Of a stretch of DNA of 64,000 bases, positions 1-14,222 are shown piece after piece. Position 1 is the stretch's first letter. Each line of letters starts with the position of its first letter. The position numbers and the translations under genes were made by a program. Source of the stretch: Lytechinus pictus (Eukaryota). Where the stretch lies: positions 15,502,001 through 15,566,000 of the forward strand of contig NC_087252.1 in NCBI RefSeq assembly GCF_037042905.1. The letters are read 5' to 3'. Under the pieces are notes generated by a model. The model did not search any database. It worked only from the letters and a program-made list of their open reading frames with translations, and was not told the DNA's origin.

Positions 1-1065
1 CAGCGTAGATTTCAAGATTTCACAAAGTTCAGTTTATGTAACTGTACCAGATCTAGATCCTCGATGATATACTGACAATTAACCCTGGTTTTACAGACTT
101 TCTCATGAAATCAGTGTTTACTGCAACTACTGGAATTTCTCTTTAATTCACCTGTAGTAAGAATTACATACTCTTCTCTGCAAAGTGAGAATAACCCAAA
201 TCCATGATAATTCATTTCATGAAAATTAAGACAAACAATGATTTTTGTATATATGTTCATTAAGGTTTCTGGTCAGTTTTTCATATATTTTGAGCAATTT
301 TGGATTAAAGGATATAAATTATACACAAGGTGGACTTGTGTATAAGCAACAATTTTTCATGTTAAACTCATTTGGCCAAGAGATAGTTTTGGGTTGTGCT
401 TATCAATTTTCTTTTGATGTAAATATTAGGTCCCCACACATTTTCTCTTATTAATTAGAATCTCAATCAAAGGAAAATTAGAATAATCCATTGTGAATAT
501 TCCCCATACAGTGAGTGTAATATGAGATAAGCTTGATTGACTGTATACACACATTGATTGATAGAGTGTGTTATTTACAGACCAGGGGCAAACTATCTCT
601 CCCCTAATCAATATTTTGCGCCCCTAAATGAGGCGTCAGAGCCAACGATTAGCCAACGTGTTGAAAGTAATATGATACGCCTGTCTGTCATCCCTTCTCA
701 AAAAATGACATATTCATTGGAGGGTTCGCATTTCAACGAAAAGGGCATTTTGATGAAAATTTGGGTTTTCTGATACTTTTAGTTTTCAAATTGTTTGAGA
801 GCAATACATTATTTATTCATGTACTAATGTGATAAGTTGTCAGTAGAAAAGGATGTTAAAAAAGGATAAGCAATGATAATAAATACAGCTTTTATCATCC
901 ATCATCTATCTAGTAAACAATTCTGAGGATCAACAAACATTTAAAGGTGCTAAGGAAAATTAGATATAGTTTATTATGTCTGTTTATGTGGGGCTGCATG
1001 GATACATGAATTTTGCCAATAATTTTGGATTTGTCTCGTTAAATCTTTTTAGATTACTATTTATT

Positions 1066-1262
1066 GTGCAATTCCATAAAATGTGTGCGTCCGACCCCCT
1101 ATATGTGGGACCTTCATGAAGTTTTTTGTCTCTGATTTTTTTGTTCTTTTGTCTGTAATGTCCTCAAAGGACCATGACTTGGTCAGTTTATGAAGTGAAG
1201 TAAAACTTGACAAAAATGGGGGTCAGATGTACAAAAAGGTATATTATTTGTTGGAATTGCCC
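1066..1262. mobile_element. ~200-bp MITE (gggcaattcc-TIR family), copy 1
   Basis: Ends g(t)gcaattccataaa / ttggaattgccc are inverted; body aligns by eye with 17420-17619. Confidence 0.7.
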
Positions 1263-1604
1263 TATTGCAGTGTATTAAATAGGCGACCGAGACTGAGAGG
1301 GTTAAGATACCCATAGAGAGGTTGGGTTACGACACCTTTCATTAACGAAAAAAAAACCGATTTGCCCAACGGCTTTGAAATTTGACATGACTCAAAAAAT
1401 CAATATGAAAAATACATCCTGGCAGTGATCATTAATTGTTGTCTTAGTGATGAGCCGGGGAGAGAATGACATCATGATTATACGAAAGACAGGAGGAAAG
1501 AAAACAAAGGAATTATTTAAAGGCAAGATATTAAATTCATATATGCAAATGAATGATTCATTTGTCAATGCAGGGGTTTAGAATTGATGTTATATTGGTA
1601 TTTT

Positions 1605-1904
1605 GGAGCATTGTGGCTCAGTGGAATAGTCCATGGACTTTGAAACAGAAGGTCGTGGGTTCAAATCCCATCCATTGCCTAGTTTCCTTCAGCAAGAAAT
1701 CGATCCACATTGTGCTGCACTCAACCCAGGTGAGCTGTGTGGGTACCTGGCAGGAATTTATTCCTTGAAATGTGCAGTGCTGGATATGGCAGCCGTAGCT
1801 ATAAAAGCCGAGGTAATAGTGATATTGTATCTTGGAATAGATATCTCTAAATAAATGACACTATATAAATACATTTTATTATTATTATCATTATTATTAT
1901 TATT
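1605..1904 (+). mobile_element. tRNA-derived SINE, near full length
   Basis: Pol III A box TGGCTCAGTGG (1614-1624), B box GGTTCAAATCC (1658-1668), core gctgcactcaacccaggtg...gggtacctggcagg shared with other copies in the window, (TTA)n tail. Confidence 0.85.
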
Positions 1905-3864
1905 GTGACAGTAATACATTAGTTTTGAGTTGTCGAGCATGCCAACATAAATCTGAACCTACAACGTACATGTATGAACTTAAACGATTGTAAGATTTTC
2001 CCATTACTTTCTTGTCAATAATTATATGGTAATACGTGATAAGAAGATTAGATGGGAGTGATTGGGTTAATGAGGTAAGATTACCCCAGAGCTCGGGGGT
2101 TAAGAAAGCAGCTAAAGGATAAGAAAAACAGCATGGAGACATCCTAGCTGGCTACTGTTCACTATGGGAAAAATATATATGAATTATGTATGGGGCGTAG
2201 GGCAATTTAGACCCAGTTTGGGCTCGTAATTTTTAGAAAGCGTGCTCTGAATGGTCTAATGAAGCTCTGTGGAGGGGATGATGCGACGACGACGTCAGTC
2301 ACCGTTTCTTCGTCTTTTGAGTTTAGTCTGGCAAACAAAGGAAGGTTTCACCGTCGTAGCAGCGACAAAGCAAGTCGGAAGAGAGGTCTTGTCTGGAAGC
2401 ATTAACCCTCATGTGATCACTGTATAATTGAATCAAGTCATTGAGGATGATTGTCTGAGCTATGGAGGAGGAGGAGGAGGGGGGGGGGGAGGTGATTCCG
2501 GAGAGTGATCACAAAGGAAAAAGAAGCCAATTTAGTTGAATTTTAGCCTATATTGGAGCTGATTCAACAATAAGGTTTATTGAGAAGTCACCCAGAGTGG
2601 GAGCCGTAGCCTGGAGCTATATATGATGCATCTATTCTTAAGTGTTTCGTTCAAACGGCCTATAGATTATGGCATAAGAACAAAAGAAGAAAACTGATTA
2701 CAAAACACACACTGTCATACATTCGGAATACTGGGCCCTATGTACATACAGTTACAATGAATTGCAAATATCAATCGTATCTCTATCTGTTACTTGTGTA
2801 AACTTTTGCAATGTTTTTACAAAATTTCATAAATTATTTTGTTTCAAGGTTTACACATGTACATGTATAGTATGACTCTAATTCAATTTTAATCTAATTT
2901 CTATTGTCCAATCTTCATCACATTTTGAAATTGTGTTTACTCAAGTAATTAAGTTCATTTGATCTAATTCTATTTAATGAATTCTTATTTACAAAATACC
3001 TTTAGAAATTCATTTTTTAGTATATCAAATTCTTACATGTACCTGTATGTTCTGTTACTTTTGCCTATGAATGACCTCTAATTTTAATTGTAAGTATGCT
3101 TATTTCAGCCTTTTGGCTGTTTATCATGTATTGAGTTTTGTCTTAAGCAATATATAATTAATTCAATTGAATTACATTTTTATCGATTTAGTCCCATCAA
3201 GATAAGTTTCTTTTTACAAGTTAACAAACTTGTGTCTACTTGGTGGACTTGATAATATCTACCAGGGTATAAAGAGAAAGACAGGATTATGCCAATTTTC
3301 CTATGCCATTGGTTAGTTGTCATAAGTTGGAGCTATTCTTTTGTAATGCTTGATTATTGATAGATTCTAAATTCATTAAAGACTACATGGGCTAATAAAA
3401 ATCAATTCAAACTTAATTGCTACATTTAATTACACACTCCACTGCCTTTTGATAATAAGCTTCCGTTATGATTAATGCTCTTTGAATAGTTAATAGATTG
3501 GATGCATTATATTAGATATTCATTGGTCATCAAATAGCCGACATACTTCACATTCGGTGCATGTGTAACCCCAATTACCGAATCCAATTTCGACTAAATG
3601 CCTCATTCTTTGTCAATTTGCCAATCTGGAAGAATAGGTCTTTTCAGGAATTTTCAAATTAGTTTACATTTATGCAGATTAGAAAAAGTGCAGTACCCGG
3701 AAATGGAAGGAAATTGTACTTTACTCCTTGTATTTATGAATTATTTATGACAATTTTTTCTTCATTTTCCTGTCTTATATATCTCGTGTACTTTTCTTAG
3801 CAATGTCATGCATGTTAAACAGATAGACATCACTGGTTTCCTCTTGAGCACTCGATTTCAGAAA

Positions 3865-4108
3865 TACACTGTGCAAACTCTGGTGTTGATTGGTGTACAT
3901 AGAGGACAACACCGGCTATAATACTCTGGTGTTAAATCTGTGGTGTTATTTCAACAATTAGTGTTATACTTATACTACCCATGTGGTTATAAACTTAACA
4001 TTAATTGATGTTACTTTGACACTCTAAGGTATAATTTTAACACCTTATGATATGGCTCGGGAGGGACACCAACCAGTGTCAATTTTAACACCCAGTTTTT
4101 AGAGTGTA
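3865..4108. mobile_element. ~240-bp MITE family A (TA-flanked, internal ttaacacc/ggtgtta motifs)
   Basis: tacactgtgcaaact...agtttttagagtgta inverted termini; related copies at ~9683, 11135, 16727, 38577, 47441, 63838. Confidence 0.75.
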
Positions 4109-4427
4109 GATTTAGATGAAATCACATTAAAAAAACCCCACAATTTCAAACAACTTTTGAAAGCGTAGTGTATATTTTTATTCCAGGGAAGGAATTATAC
4201 TCTATGGAAAGGGACAAAAAGGCACCGACTTACTCCTTTTGATAATATGTTAAACTAGGAATTCATGTTATGTATGTATTTTGAAAATCAACTAAAGGAT
4301 CTCGCTACATTTTTACAACATGAACCTCTATTTTATTTTCAAAGTCATCAGCTATAAACCGATAACTAAAACTTGAACTTTGGACCTTGGCTGTTGACAT
4401 GCGCATTTAAAAATTTGGCGCAATGTT

Positions 4428-4697
4428 ATTCAAAAGAGTCACACATTGGAAAGGATTTCATAAATCTAATTCTAAACATTTCTGAATAAACATTGAAAGA
4501 CTAGTTGTTTTCTTCCAGATAAAAGCTACATGTAATTCCAAGAGGCAAAGAATATATTAACTTCGACAAATAACAACATACATTAATAGGGAACATAGTC
4601 ATTCAAAAGAGTCACACATCGCAAAAGATTTCATGAATCTAAAGCTCAAATTTTCTGAATAAATATTGATCCGGTTGGTTTCTTCTAGCTACAAAGC
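4428..4697 (+). repeat. Local ~100-bp diverged direct duplication
   Basis: attcaaaagagtcacacat...ttctgaataaa at 4428 and again at 4601. Confidence 0.75.
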
Positions 4698-7600
4698 CAA
4701 GGCCAAGAAGTGATGAATATCGCAGCTTACATGAATCACAACATACGCCAGGTGCAAGTACGTCATTTCTAGAGTGTGACAATTGAGAGTTAATTAAATA
4801 CCCCCATCTGCAAGCCCCCAACGATGTCATCTAATTGATTCTTGACCAAACCCACCCTCACCCCCTCCTCCCCTTCCTCCACCCTACATCATCCGATCCC
4901 GTTCGCTCATCTCGAAACATTCCCCGTCATACACGGACGATTCCGTGGTCTTGACCCGCTTGGGAAAGTGCACGTAAATTGCCTTAGGACGATCCCTAAT
5001 CAAAACAGCTACCTATATGTTGGGAATGTTTCAACATCATTATGTCTCCCCAAAACAATATCCCGTCCGACCAATCTGCCTGGCAAAGTCGAGCGGAAAA
5101 TTACAGTCCGGGGTTACTCATGCAATTAGTGGAGTGTCTTTTGAGGAAAACCGCACTAGTTTGTAAGAAAGAGCGGGAAAGAGAGCATATTAAAGAGATG
5201 GATATAAAAAAAAACTCTTAAGATGTGGCCATAAGTCATATTTCTTTCAATTTTTTTCCGCCCAGTTTGTCTATTTTTGAGGACGTCACGTAATGTTTCT
5301 CGTTTAGTGAAATGAACCCTCGGGGGAACCGTAAATTGAATAACAAAAGGCTTTGGTAGGCTCGTGAGATAAATTACTCGTCCACCAACCAAGATTGTGC
5401 AGACAATCGTTTTCTTAAACCCAAGGTTAAGTTATAAGGCACTTTCTTTCGAGGAATGGTCTTCTCTGGTTTAAAGTATTTATTCTCTTGAATTTTTGTT
5501 TGTTTGGAGAATAAATTGGATGAATCATCACAATGTTAACAACTGTTTACTGCCGTTAATTTTTATAGGATGACACAAGGAGAGATAAATTAATGATGAA
5601 TATAAAGCAGTGAGGAGACATTTACATCATGATTGAAATTCTGACATTCAGTTTCAAAAATATTAATCACACAAATAATCAATGGCGGTGATAGTAGTTA
5701 TACTAATGATTATAGTCATGTATAGAAGTAAATTAAATCATAGCTATGGCATATATCTCAGTTTTGATTTTGGTGAATATCTTGGATATTTGAACTGCAC
5801 TCTGAACTGTTCAACTACATTTTTTGCATATTTTCTTTACAAACATTGTACTATTATCTCAGTTTTGTATAATTTTCTTTCTTTCTTTCTTTCTTCTTTT
5901 GTACTTCAATAATATTTATCTTTGGAAAAAAAATTGGACAAATTAATTTAATTCAAATCAATCCAATTCTCTTAAGTCTTGTATATCATGCACACACTAA
6001 GGTTTTATTTTAATCAACCCAAAAGTTGGTTAAGATATTTGAACCAACCTATAGGGGATTAAACAATTCTGTAAGTGCACGAGGTTAAACTTCAGCCAAT
6101 CTGTACCTATTGATTTGACTTATAGTTAAAACCGCACTAATTATATATAATGAAGGCAATCATTGTGATTAGCTCAGGTAATTATGCACCATATTTGTAC
6201 TATTTTCAAATTCAAATGAGGCAAGGTCCTTTAAATATGCAAAACCTTTATGGTTTAGACTAAGTGTCTTGGTTTGTTTATAAATAATGTCCTTTAATAT
6301 TGCTTTATTAAAGTTTGTACAGTGATAATTTATTCATTGGATATAATGTTATGCAAATAAACAATAATAGGTATTACTATATAGGCTTCTATACAAGTAA
6401 ATGACCTCATTAATGATCTATTTGGTTCATGGTTCCGAGGTGTCTACAATCTGTGTTGGTTGTATCGATTGATAATTAGCTCTGCAATTAGCCTCCCTGT
6501 TAACGAGCTTAAGTAGTATTATGACTGTATACACTGACTGATTATTATGTAACCAATATGGAGAAAATCAACGATAATTTGATTGCTACTTTCTGTACAG
6601 TTGCTTTTTAATTATAGATAATAGATGGAGCTCAATGAAATGGATTTGGGCAGCTGATTTGAATGATATATGTTCATAATCATCAAGTTCATACTTAAAT
6701 AAACACTAGAATGATTGAAGAGTTGTAGGTGGTTTCATGAAACACTTTGGGTGTAGTGTGAAGCATTGGCATGTACCATAGTGAGCTACTTTGGCTCTCG
6801 CAGTTCGTGTAGTGCATAGTGCAGGGTCTGAATTAGCAAGACTAGATTCCCTACGTGCTGTGGCTTCCTCTTATTTCACACAGACACAGAGGTTGGCATC
6901 TAGTCTTCAATCTAGACATGGTATGTTATGTTAAAGTGTCAAATGTGAGTCTGGGCTTGCAGACTAATCTTGGTCGGTGCCCACTGCTTGGTTGGGAGGC
7001 GCAGCCAACAATATTTTTAAGATAAAGGGTTTTTAATGTGTCTAGTGCTAAGTAACACTATAGCTTGGATTATGTCTTATTATTTTTTAAATAAAACCAA
7101 TAGGGTAGATTTTGAGTCCACAAAAATTCAATAGTAAACAATGCAGTGGGCATATGCTTATTTCGTGCTAAAAAATATGAAAAAATAAATTGACCAGAAA
7201 CACCATTCCAATTCTAAATGCATTACAGGTGGAATCCTAAGCATGGGAATTAATTGACTTTTCAGTCACTGATATCATGCTATTATCTTCACTAATATGC
7301 TACCTCTTCCAGGGTGTTTTTTTAATAAATGAATATGAACAATATTGAATACAACACACTTCAAATGTCAGATTTTTTTTAAACGAGACCTTTCAAATTC
7401 TAACGAAATTTCTTCTTCAACTTTTAGAGTTGAATCTCTTAATCAAGAAGGTTATGGGTAATCCAGGCAATAATGAAAGGAATACTTCTAGTAGATGATA
7501 ATTCAGAAAAAAAAATCCTGTGAGAATTAGAGATGAACCTAACTAAGAAGAAGAAAGAAAGAAAAGGATAATTGTGGTGTAGGGTTAAGGGATCAATACC

Positions 7601-8337
7601 CTCAAAACTAAGAAAATGATTGATGAATGAGAATGGGAGGTTTGGGACGCAACGAGATGGTTTAGGGTGATGCGATCCCTCATCCTCCTTCCGAGTCTGA
7701 TGATGATGGTATTGAATCTCTGGTATAGGATACCACCCATTCCCTGACCTGGTAGACACGTATAACCCTCCTTCCATGTAGGCTCCTATGTAATCATAGA
7801 GGGCTAATTCATTTAGAACTTTAGCCAGCAGATTTGTTGGCGTCTCTTTTTACCCACCTAGGGAGGCCGTGATTGACGTTTTTCTGCCTCCCTAGGGAGA
7901 AGGGGGAGGTTGTCGGACATATTACATTCAAAGACAAGGACAAGGTCGCCGTAGATGATGAATTGTATCTTCTTCAGTATCAGATGGGATTGACATTCGA
8001 CACCCCCATGTCTTATTGACGTTAGGACAAATGAATCAAAGATTATATAAATTTGGAAGCGACGGTGAAAAAATTACAATCACAATTGGCCGAAAACCTA
8101 AAGCTAGTGTTCATTTCCATGTAAAATATCTTCTAACCATCCTTTTTGAGGACAGATGACTTAAAAAAGGTTATGTGAATTTGGCCGTGCTAACAAAAAT
8201 TACAATAATAATCAGAAAAGAACTTAAATCTTGTGTCCATTTCCATACGATAATCTCTTCACCCCTTTTAATCAGAGTTTTGCAGGTCAAATTTGCAATC
8301 AGCGGTAATAAGGGTTAGTACTGCAGGTAGCGGACCT

Positions 8338-8522
8338 TGGGGCGTTTTCATAAAGCTGTTAGTTTATTAAGAGTGACTTTAAGAACGACCGGTGATCCTT
8401 CTTTGTGGTACATGATATTCACCATTAAATGTTCATTGGTGATTGTTTAGTGCGTAAGAAAGGATCACCAGTCGTTCTTAAAGTCGCTCTTAACGTACGA
8501 ACAGATTTATGAAACACCCACC
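8338..8522. mobile_element. MITE family B (tttcataaagctgtt / tttatgaaacaccc TIRs)
   Basis: Long imperfect inverted repeat; same family at 13240, 13865, 37316, 57918. Confidence 0.75.
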
Positions 8523-8609
8523 GTATGAAACGTTAGAATTAAGTCTTTCCTGCAGAGAACAAAATAGCGCCATCTATCTAGAAATAATCTGTGCCGAGGT
8601 GCACAATGA

Positions 8610-9010
8610 TTGCTATCTTGGCTATATTGCTCAAGCTATTATTTCCAATGCTGCACATCCAAGGCAGTGGGGGATCGGAGGGGGGGGGGGGGGAGGTCGG
8701 GGTCTAAACCCCCACCTCGCGGGCTTCCTAAAAATAATAAAAGGAGCGTGGGATCAAACTCCAGCACCCCTTCCCTGTTTACGAGGGTCGTGCAAGCAGA
8801 ACAGTGGTGGATCCATTGGTGGGGGGGGGGGGTAGGATGCATTACATCGCAGCTCATCATTACTGGGTCAAGCCAGCTTGTCATAAACCCCCCTCTTGGC
8901 AAAAAGCTAGATCCGCCACAGCAAAGGAATTGACTCTGCAGGTATCCATTCACCTCACCTGGGTTGAGTGCAGCACAACGTGGTAAATTTCTTGCTGATG
9001 GAAAAACACA
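8610..9010 (-). mobile_element. SINE fragment interrupted by cagtgg-type MITE insertions (8665-8921)
   Basis: SINE core ggtatccattcacctcacctgggttgagtgcagcaca resumes after the insert; inner element cagtggtggatcc...gatccgccacag has inverted ends. Confidence 0.6.
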
Positions 9011-9682
9011 CTGTGCTATTTCTTTCTATGTCTCTTGGTTGATGACGAATTTCGTTCTAAGAGGATAAGTCGATTTGTTTCAACTTGTATAGAATTCTGA
9101 TTTAAAAACTGCATTTGAATATATATTTTGGACACACAAGGGATAGTCTCTAGCTCCACAGAATACTGGAGTAATTAGTTCGTAAATCGCCACCTCTATC
9201 GATAGAGGATGCACAAAAAATCCTGATATCTTCTGGGATCGGTTTTAACCTAGCTTTCTTTTGGGCACAGAGTTACACAATCACTTTCCCCATTGATCTA
9301 TGTCATGACTCACGTTTTGCCCGAATCCAGAAGGTGATGTAGGAAAAGCGATCGCGTTAGCATGCCAAGGGACAGTGCAGAGGAAAGAAGTGTTCTAACG
9401 ATACAAGCCAATCCTCTCAATAGTGGCCAGTATTACTGTCACATTGAATAAAAAAAACGACAAGATTACTTATTCCACGGAGGGGGAAAACCCCTGTTAG
9501 CTACTCTTTATCTTGAATTTCAAATGGAATGAATTTTCCTATAGATTTAGGGACCCGCTGGGATCTCTCCGAATCTTAAGTACTTAATCAAAAGTGAGAT
9601 TATGATGATGAGTTTAGAAACCTCTTTTATGATTGGACGAATATGTGTTAATGCAGAAACCTAGGCATTTGTGTAAGACACC

Positions 9683-9915
9683 TACACAACAAAAACTGTG
9701 GTGTTGTTCAGTGTACCTAGATGCTAACACCAGTCATTTTACTCTGGTGTTAAACTTTGGAGTTATTTCATTACATAATGGTGTTGTTACAACACCTTTG
9801 GTTGTTTCTTTTACACCCTTAAGTGTTATATCTCTAGGGTGTAATTCTGTCACCTCAGGGCGTGGTCCTTTAGGGACACCAATTGGTGTCGGTTTTAACA
9901 CGGGTTTTGCAGAGC
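9683..9915. mobile_element. MITE family A copy
   Basis: aaaaactgtggtgtt...ggtgtcggttttaacacgggttttgcagag; matches 3865-4108. Confidence 0.7.
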
Positions 9916-10082
9916 TCTTACAATTGGTAATAAATATTGCAGAAACCCAGTGATTTATGTAAGACAATTGTAAGTTTTCTCATTATGTCACCGGTTGAAT
10001 AAATCTCAATTCTTTTGAAATAATGAAGACTTGAAAATTCAAGTGTTAAATAAGATATTATGGTGATAGTAAATATGCTAAG

Positions 10083-10158
10083 GTTTAACTTATTTTTTTC
10101 TCTTTTCTTTTCATGCATCTACCTTCCCTCTGTAACTCTCATCTGCAAACAGGTAAGT
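10083..10158 (+). other. Candidate recursive splice site (3'ss immediately followed by 5'ss): cAG|GTAAGT
   Basis: 68-nt AG-free pyrimidine-rich tract 10083-10150, AG 10151-10152, GTAAGT 10153-10158. Confidence 0.6.
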
Positions 10159-10169
10159 GATAAATGTAT

Positions 10170-10440
10170 TGATGATGATTTTGGTGATGATGATGTTGAT
10201 GATGGTAATGATGATGATGATGATGAGATGATGGTAATGATGATGTTGATGATGGTGATGATGATCGACTATGATGGTGATGGTGATGATGATGATAATG
10301 GTGATGATGATGACAGTGATGATGATGGTGTTGATGAAGATGATGATGTTGATGATGGTGATAATGGTAATGATGATGGTGATGACAACACTGATGATAA
10401 TTGGTGATGATGATGATTGTGATGATGACAATGATGATGA
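10170..10440. repeat. Degenerate (GAT)n microsatellite
   Basis: Visible trinucleotide run; source of the poly-D/M/H pseudo-ORFs. Confidence 0.95.
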
Positions 10441-11134
10441 TTTCGCAGTAGAAACATTTCTATGACCAACTAATAAATGTACATCATTGATTGTTCTGAA
10501 ACAATTTCTTTTTTATTTAAATGAAAAGTACAATATCAGAACTGGACTCTCTCTCAATTTACAACACATATGGTCTAATTGATCATGTATCATTATCTTG
10601 ATATCTGTCAACATTTTTCACACCCAATGTGATACATATATTCTCTCAAGAATGGGATAAAAAAAGACGAAAGGACAAACAGTTCCGTCTCATTCAAGTA
10701 TTTTTCCTTGCTGGGGGGCCTTATGCAAAGAAGGGGCATCTTTTAAGGGAAGTTTTCACCATGGTTTCTAAAAAAAATCAATGCGTCTATCCCACGATGC
10801 TATGTAAAGGAAAAGTAGTTCGGTTCAGTTTGTATTTTTTGTTTGTTTACAAGAAAAGAGATGCACAATCCCTTCAATAATATTACTCCAATATGAACAG
10901 TGAAACAATTACAATTGAACAAATGCAAAGTATGAATATATCAGAATTATAGGCTTGACACTTAAATTGATCAAGTAATATTGCAATAATCTATCATTGT
11001 TTAGTTGGTAGTGAAGAATGGCGACGGGTTTGATTTCGGGAGGGGACAAAAAATAAAATCTTGAAGAGAATCATCCATCATCAACTAAAAATGATCTTCA
11101 GATGTACCTAAACCAATACAGGTTTTTCTTATTT

Positions 11135-11388
11135 GATTTAAACCTGGGGTGTAAGATCTGACACCAATTGGTGTCCCTAGAGCACCACACCCAGAGCTGT
11201 TGAAATCACACTCTAGAGATTGAATATAACACCAAAGAGTGTTAGATTAACAACTGAAGGTGTTTTATATAACTCAACTGTGTGTTGAATTAGCACTACA
11301 AAATTGACACCAGAGTTTAATACTGGAGTAAAGTGATTGATGTGGTCCTCTATGGACATCAGATAACACCATACTTTTGCTGTGTACA
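11135..11388. mobile_element. MITE family A copy (reverse orientation)
   Basis: gacaccaattggtgtccc...tgtggtcctctatg is the reverse complement of the family A body. Confidence 0.7.
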
Positions 11389-12329
11389 ACCAGAGGAATA
11401 TAGTTATAGTGTATCTCCTTGCTATTGCCTTTACACCAGATGACACCACAGTGTATATATATATCCCAAAGAAAGTAGTAAGTGTACATGCAGTCACTAT
11501 TTAAGCCTCCCCTTAATGATATTCACAGTGAAAGAAGGGCAAGTGTTAAGCCAGGGATGTGTGAAATTAAGTTTGTTATCATCTCATTTTGATGCGGCTT
11601 CCATACCGTACCATCCCAACGTGTACGTGGGTAATCATGATGGAATCCGATGCATATAATTGTCTAGCCACACCCGTAGGCGTTCATTATTCCACCCCCT
11701 CTGCAGACCAGGGAACACATAGGGGAAGTCCCCCCCCCCTGTTTTCATAGCTACTCTGCCATTGATTTGCATTCACCTCTATATTATAGATAGATAAATG
11801 AACGGTATAAATCATAATAAAATCAATTCTCAGCCAAGGGCTGAATTACATGAATGTGAAGAGAGTAAAATTTTAGTATGCATATAGATAATAAAAAACA
11901 TATATTTTCATTTCATTTATTGTTTCTGCAACTTTTTCCTCTATACAAAGTAACAAAGAAAATACATAACACATAACAAAATATTTGATAATAATAAAAA
12001 TGTGAACAAGGACGTATTCTCTATAACAAAGATTTAAAAAGTTTGCAGGGGTTTGCCACTATAAGCTTAGCCTGACTTTGTGGCAACACCGGAAAGCAAT
12101 TACAAATTATATTTAACAATACCATCTTAATACGAGTGCAGGTGCACGATTGATTTATACTATAGGGAAGGGGATACAGAGATAAATGTATACAGAAGAA
12201 GTAATAGTGTCAGAAAGAAGAACAGGAGGAGATTAGGAATTGAAATGATTGTTTATGTTTGATAGACAAGTAAGTGTGATGTGCCACAAATCAGGTTAAT
12301 TGTCACTTACTCATGGTAGATCTATATAT

Positions 12330-12730
12330 CTGGGCTCCGTAAGACGAAGGCAAACGATTAATCGTACGCTTGATTATCACGATTGATTGCACATTGTATT
12401 CAATGCAATCAATCTTTGAAAAGATGTTCTACGATGATTGCTAAGCATTGTGTTCCGGACCCCAGGGCCCGTCTTACAAAGAGTTGTGATTGATCCGATC
12501 AATCACAACTATGGACGGCCAGCAACGTCAGCATCTATGATGCATGTTTGTTCAAAATATTTTTCGAACTATGATGTATATCATGCATTCGTTTTTTTCT
12601 TGAAAAATTCACTGTGCTTCTCTTTGTTTATAAAGGACATTGTTCAAATTTCCTGTAGAAAAAATTATGACATTGATGGATTTCCATAGAGTTATGATTG
12701 ATTGGATCGATTGTAACTCTTTGTAAGATG
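12330..12730. mobile_element. Two abutting MITEs (12330-12465; 12463-12730)
   Basis: Second element has ~50-bp inverted ends cttacaaagagttgtgattgatcc / ggatcgattgtaactctttgtaag; first resembles 53890-54020. Confidence 0.65.
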
Positions 12731-12969
12731 TGTGTATTGACTTTAACCTTACTCTGTGAAATCATGAAATCCGAGGTGAAAAGTTATCACATTGAACTTC
12801 ACCAACAGAATTTTGCACATATGGGACAGTGTAACATTATTGCTTTGGAAAAAAGACCAAAATGTGGCTGAAATGTCATGCTTTTTTGTAAATTTCTCTG
12901 CAATTTCAATTTTTTTTACCACAATCATTTTGCATTATTTTTCATTTATAAATGAACAATCATGCATGG

Positions 12970-13184
12970 CATTGTAGGAAACTTTCCATCAATTTCAAGA
13001 CTATCTTTGGTCCCTAAAACAAACATATGCCTTCAATTACTTACAAATTTGGTAGATATGCTGCTCTGCTCCTTGAAACAAGGAGTGTAATCTGATTTGC
13101 TTCAGCTAAAAGTGATCAATCGATTGTAAAACCTGCAACAGAATATATGCAATTGATTGCAAATATTCTGTTGCAACACCCCCT
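12970..13184. mobile_element. MITE copy (gcaacacccc family)
   Basis: tgaaacaaggagtgtaatctgatttgc...gattgcaaatatt...gcaacacccc shared with 35355-35570. Confidence 0.65.
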
Positions 13185-14222
13185 AAGGTAATCATTTTGA
13201 TGGGACTGTTTGAACTCTTGTTTAGATTTTTATCACAACTGGTGGGTGTTTCATAAAGCCGTTCGTAAGTTACGAGAGCTCTACTTTACGAATAGCTTTA
13301 TACACACCAAATTTTCATTGATGTTAAGCGCCAAAGAAAGGATTACCATTTGTCCATAAAGTCGCTCGTAATGTTTTAATCCTCACTACTGTCACACATT
13401 TACATGGATATTGCAAATGATAATGCGATCTGTCTTGGCTAAATAGAATCGATTGTACTTGCAAACCAGACTGGGCTATTGATTACACCCTTGATTTTCT
13501 GCTCGTAAGGATAAGTAAATCAGCCTTGAGTCTAGACTACATCTTAATCAATATTGACCAATCAGAGAATTCAAGGGCATTGTGTGCATTAGTCTTAGAT
13601 TTCAGACACGTACAAAATTGGAAGTCACATTAAGCATCTGTTGTATTCATAACTTTTTCCTATTTTTGTGTGTTTTGAAATATATTTGCTTTTAAGAAGC
13701 AATATGCTATAAAACAGACATTTGTATCAATATTTTTGTTTACATTTCTTAATAGATTATATGTAGTTCTGAAAAGATATTACCAATAATCAATTACTCT
13801 AAAAATACCTTAGAAATTACATCTCTATGATATTAAGTGATGCTTAATTTGACATGAGGTTGTCCAGGGGGAGGTTTCCTAAAGCTGTTCGTAAATTACA
13901 AACAAATGCTGGTGATACCTCCTTGGCTGCCATTTTGTTTCTCAGGCATTTACATGTAGCGCAAGAAGGCATCATCAACTGTGGTAAAGTCATTCATAAC
14001 TTACAAAGACTTAATGAAACACCCCTGGAGCTGATGGATTACGGTGTATTTCAACAGATTCCTCTTGAGAAACCCAACAAACTTTAAGGCTATGGACAGT
14101 TTGAACAAGGCTAGATAGAGAGGCAACAGATTTATATGTTTTGTCCATGACAATTAATTCTTGGATATCATGTATCCCTGTTTAATTATTAGTATGCAAG
14201 AGCAAGCATTCTTTATGTAGTT

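Noticed and set aside
1605..1675. tRNA gene
   Set aside because: A and B boxes present but no convincing cloverleaf; continues into a SINE body and tail
2073..2080. AGGTAAGA as a ratchet point
   Set aside because: Upstream sequence is purine-rich with nearby AGs; no polypyrimidine tract
10060..10469. Poly-Asp/Met/His ORFs (also 47143-47644, 52027-52493, 60192-60462)
   Set aside because: (GAT/CAT)n microsatellite artefacts
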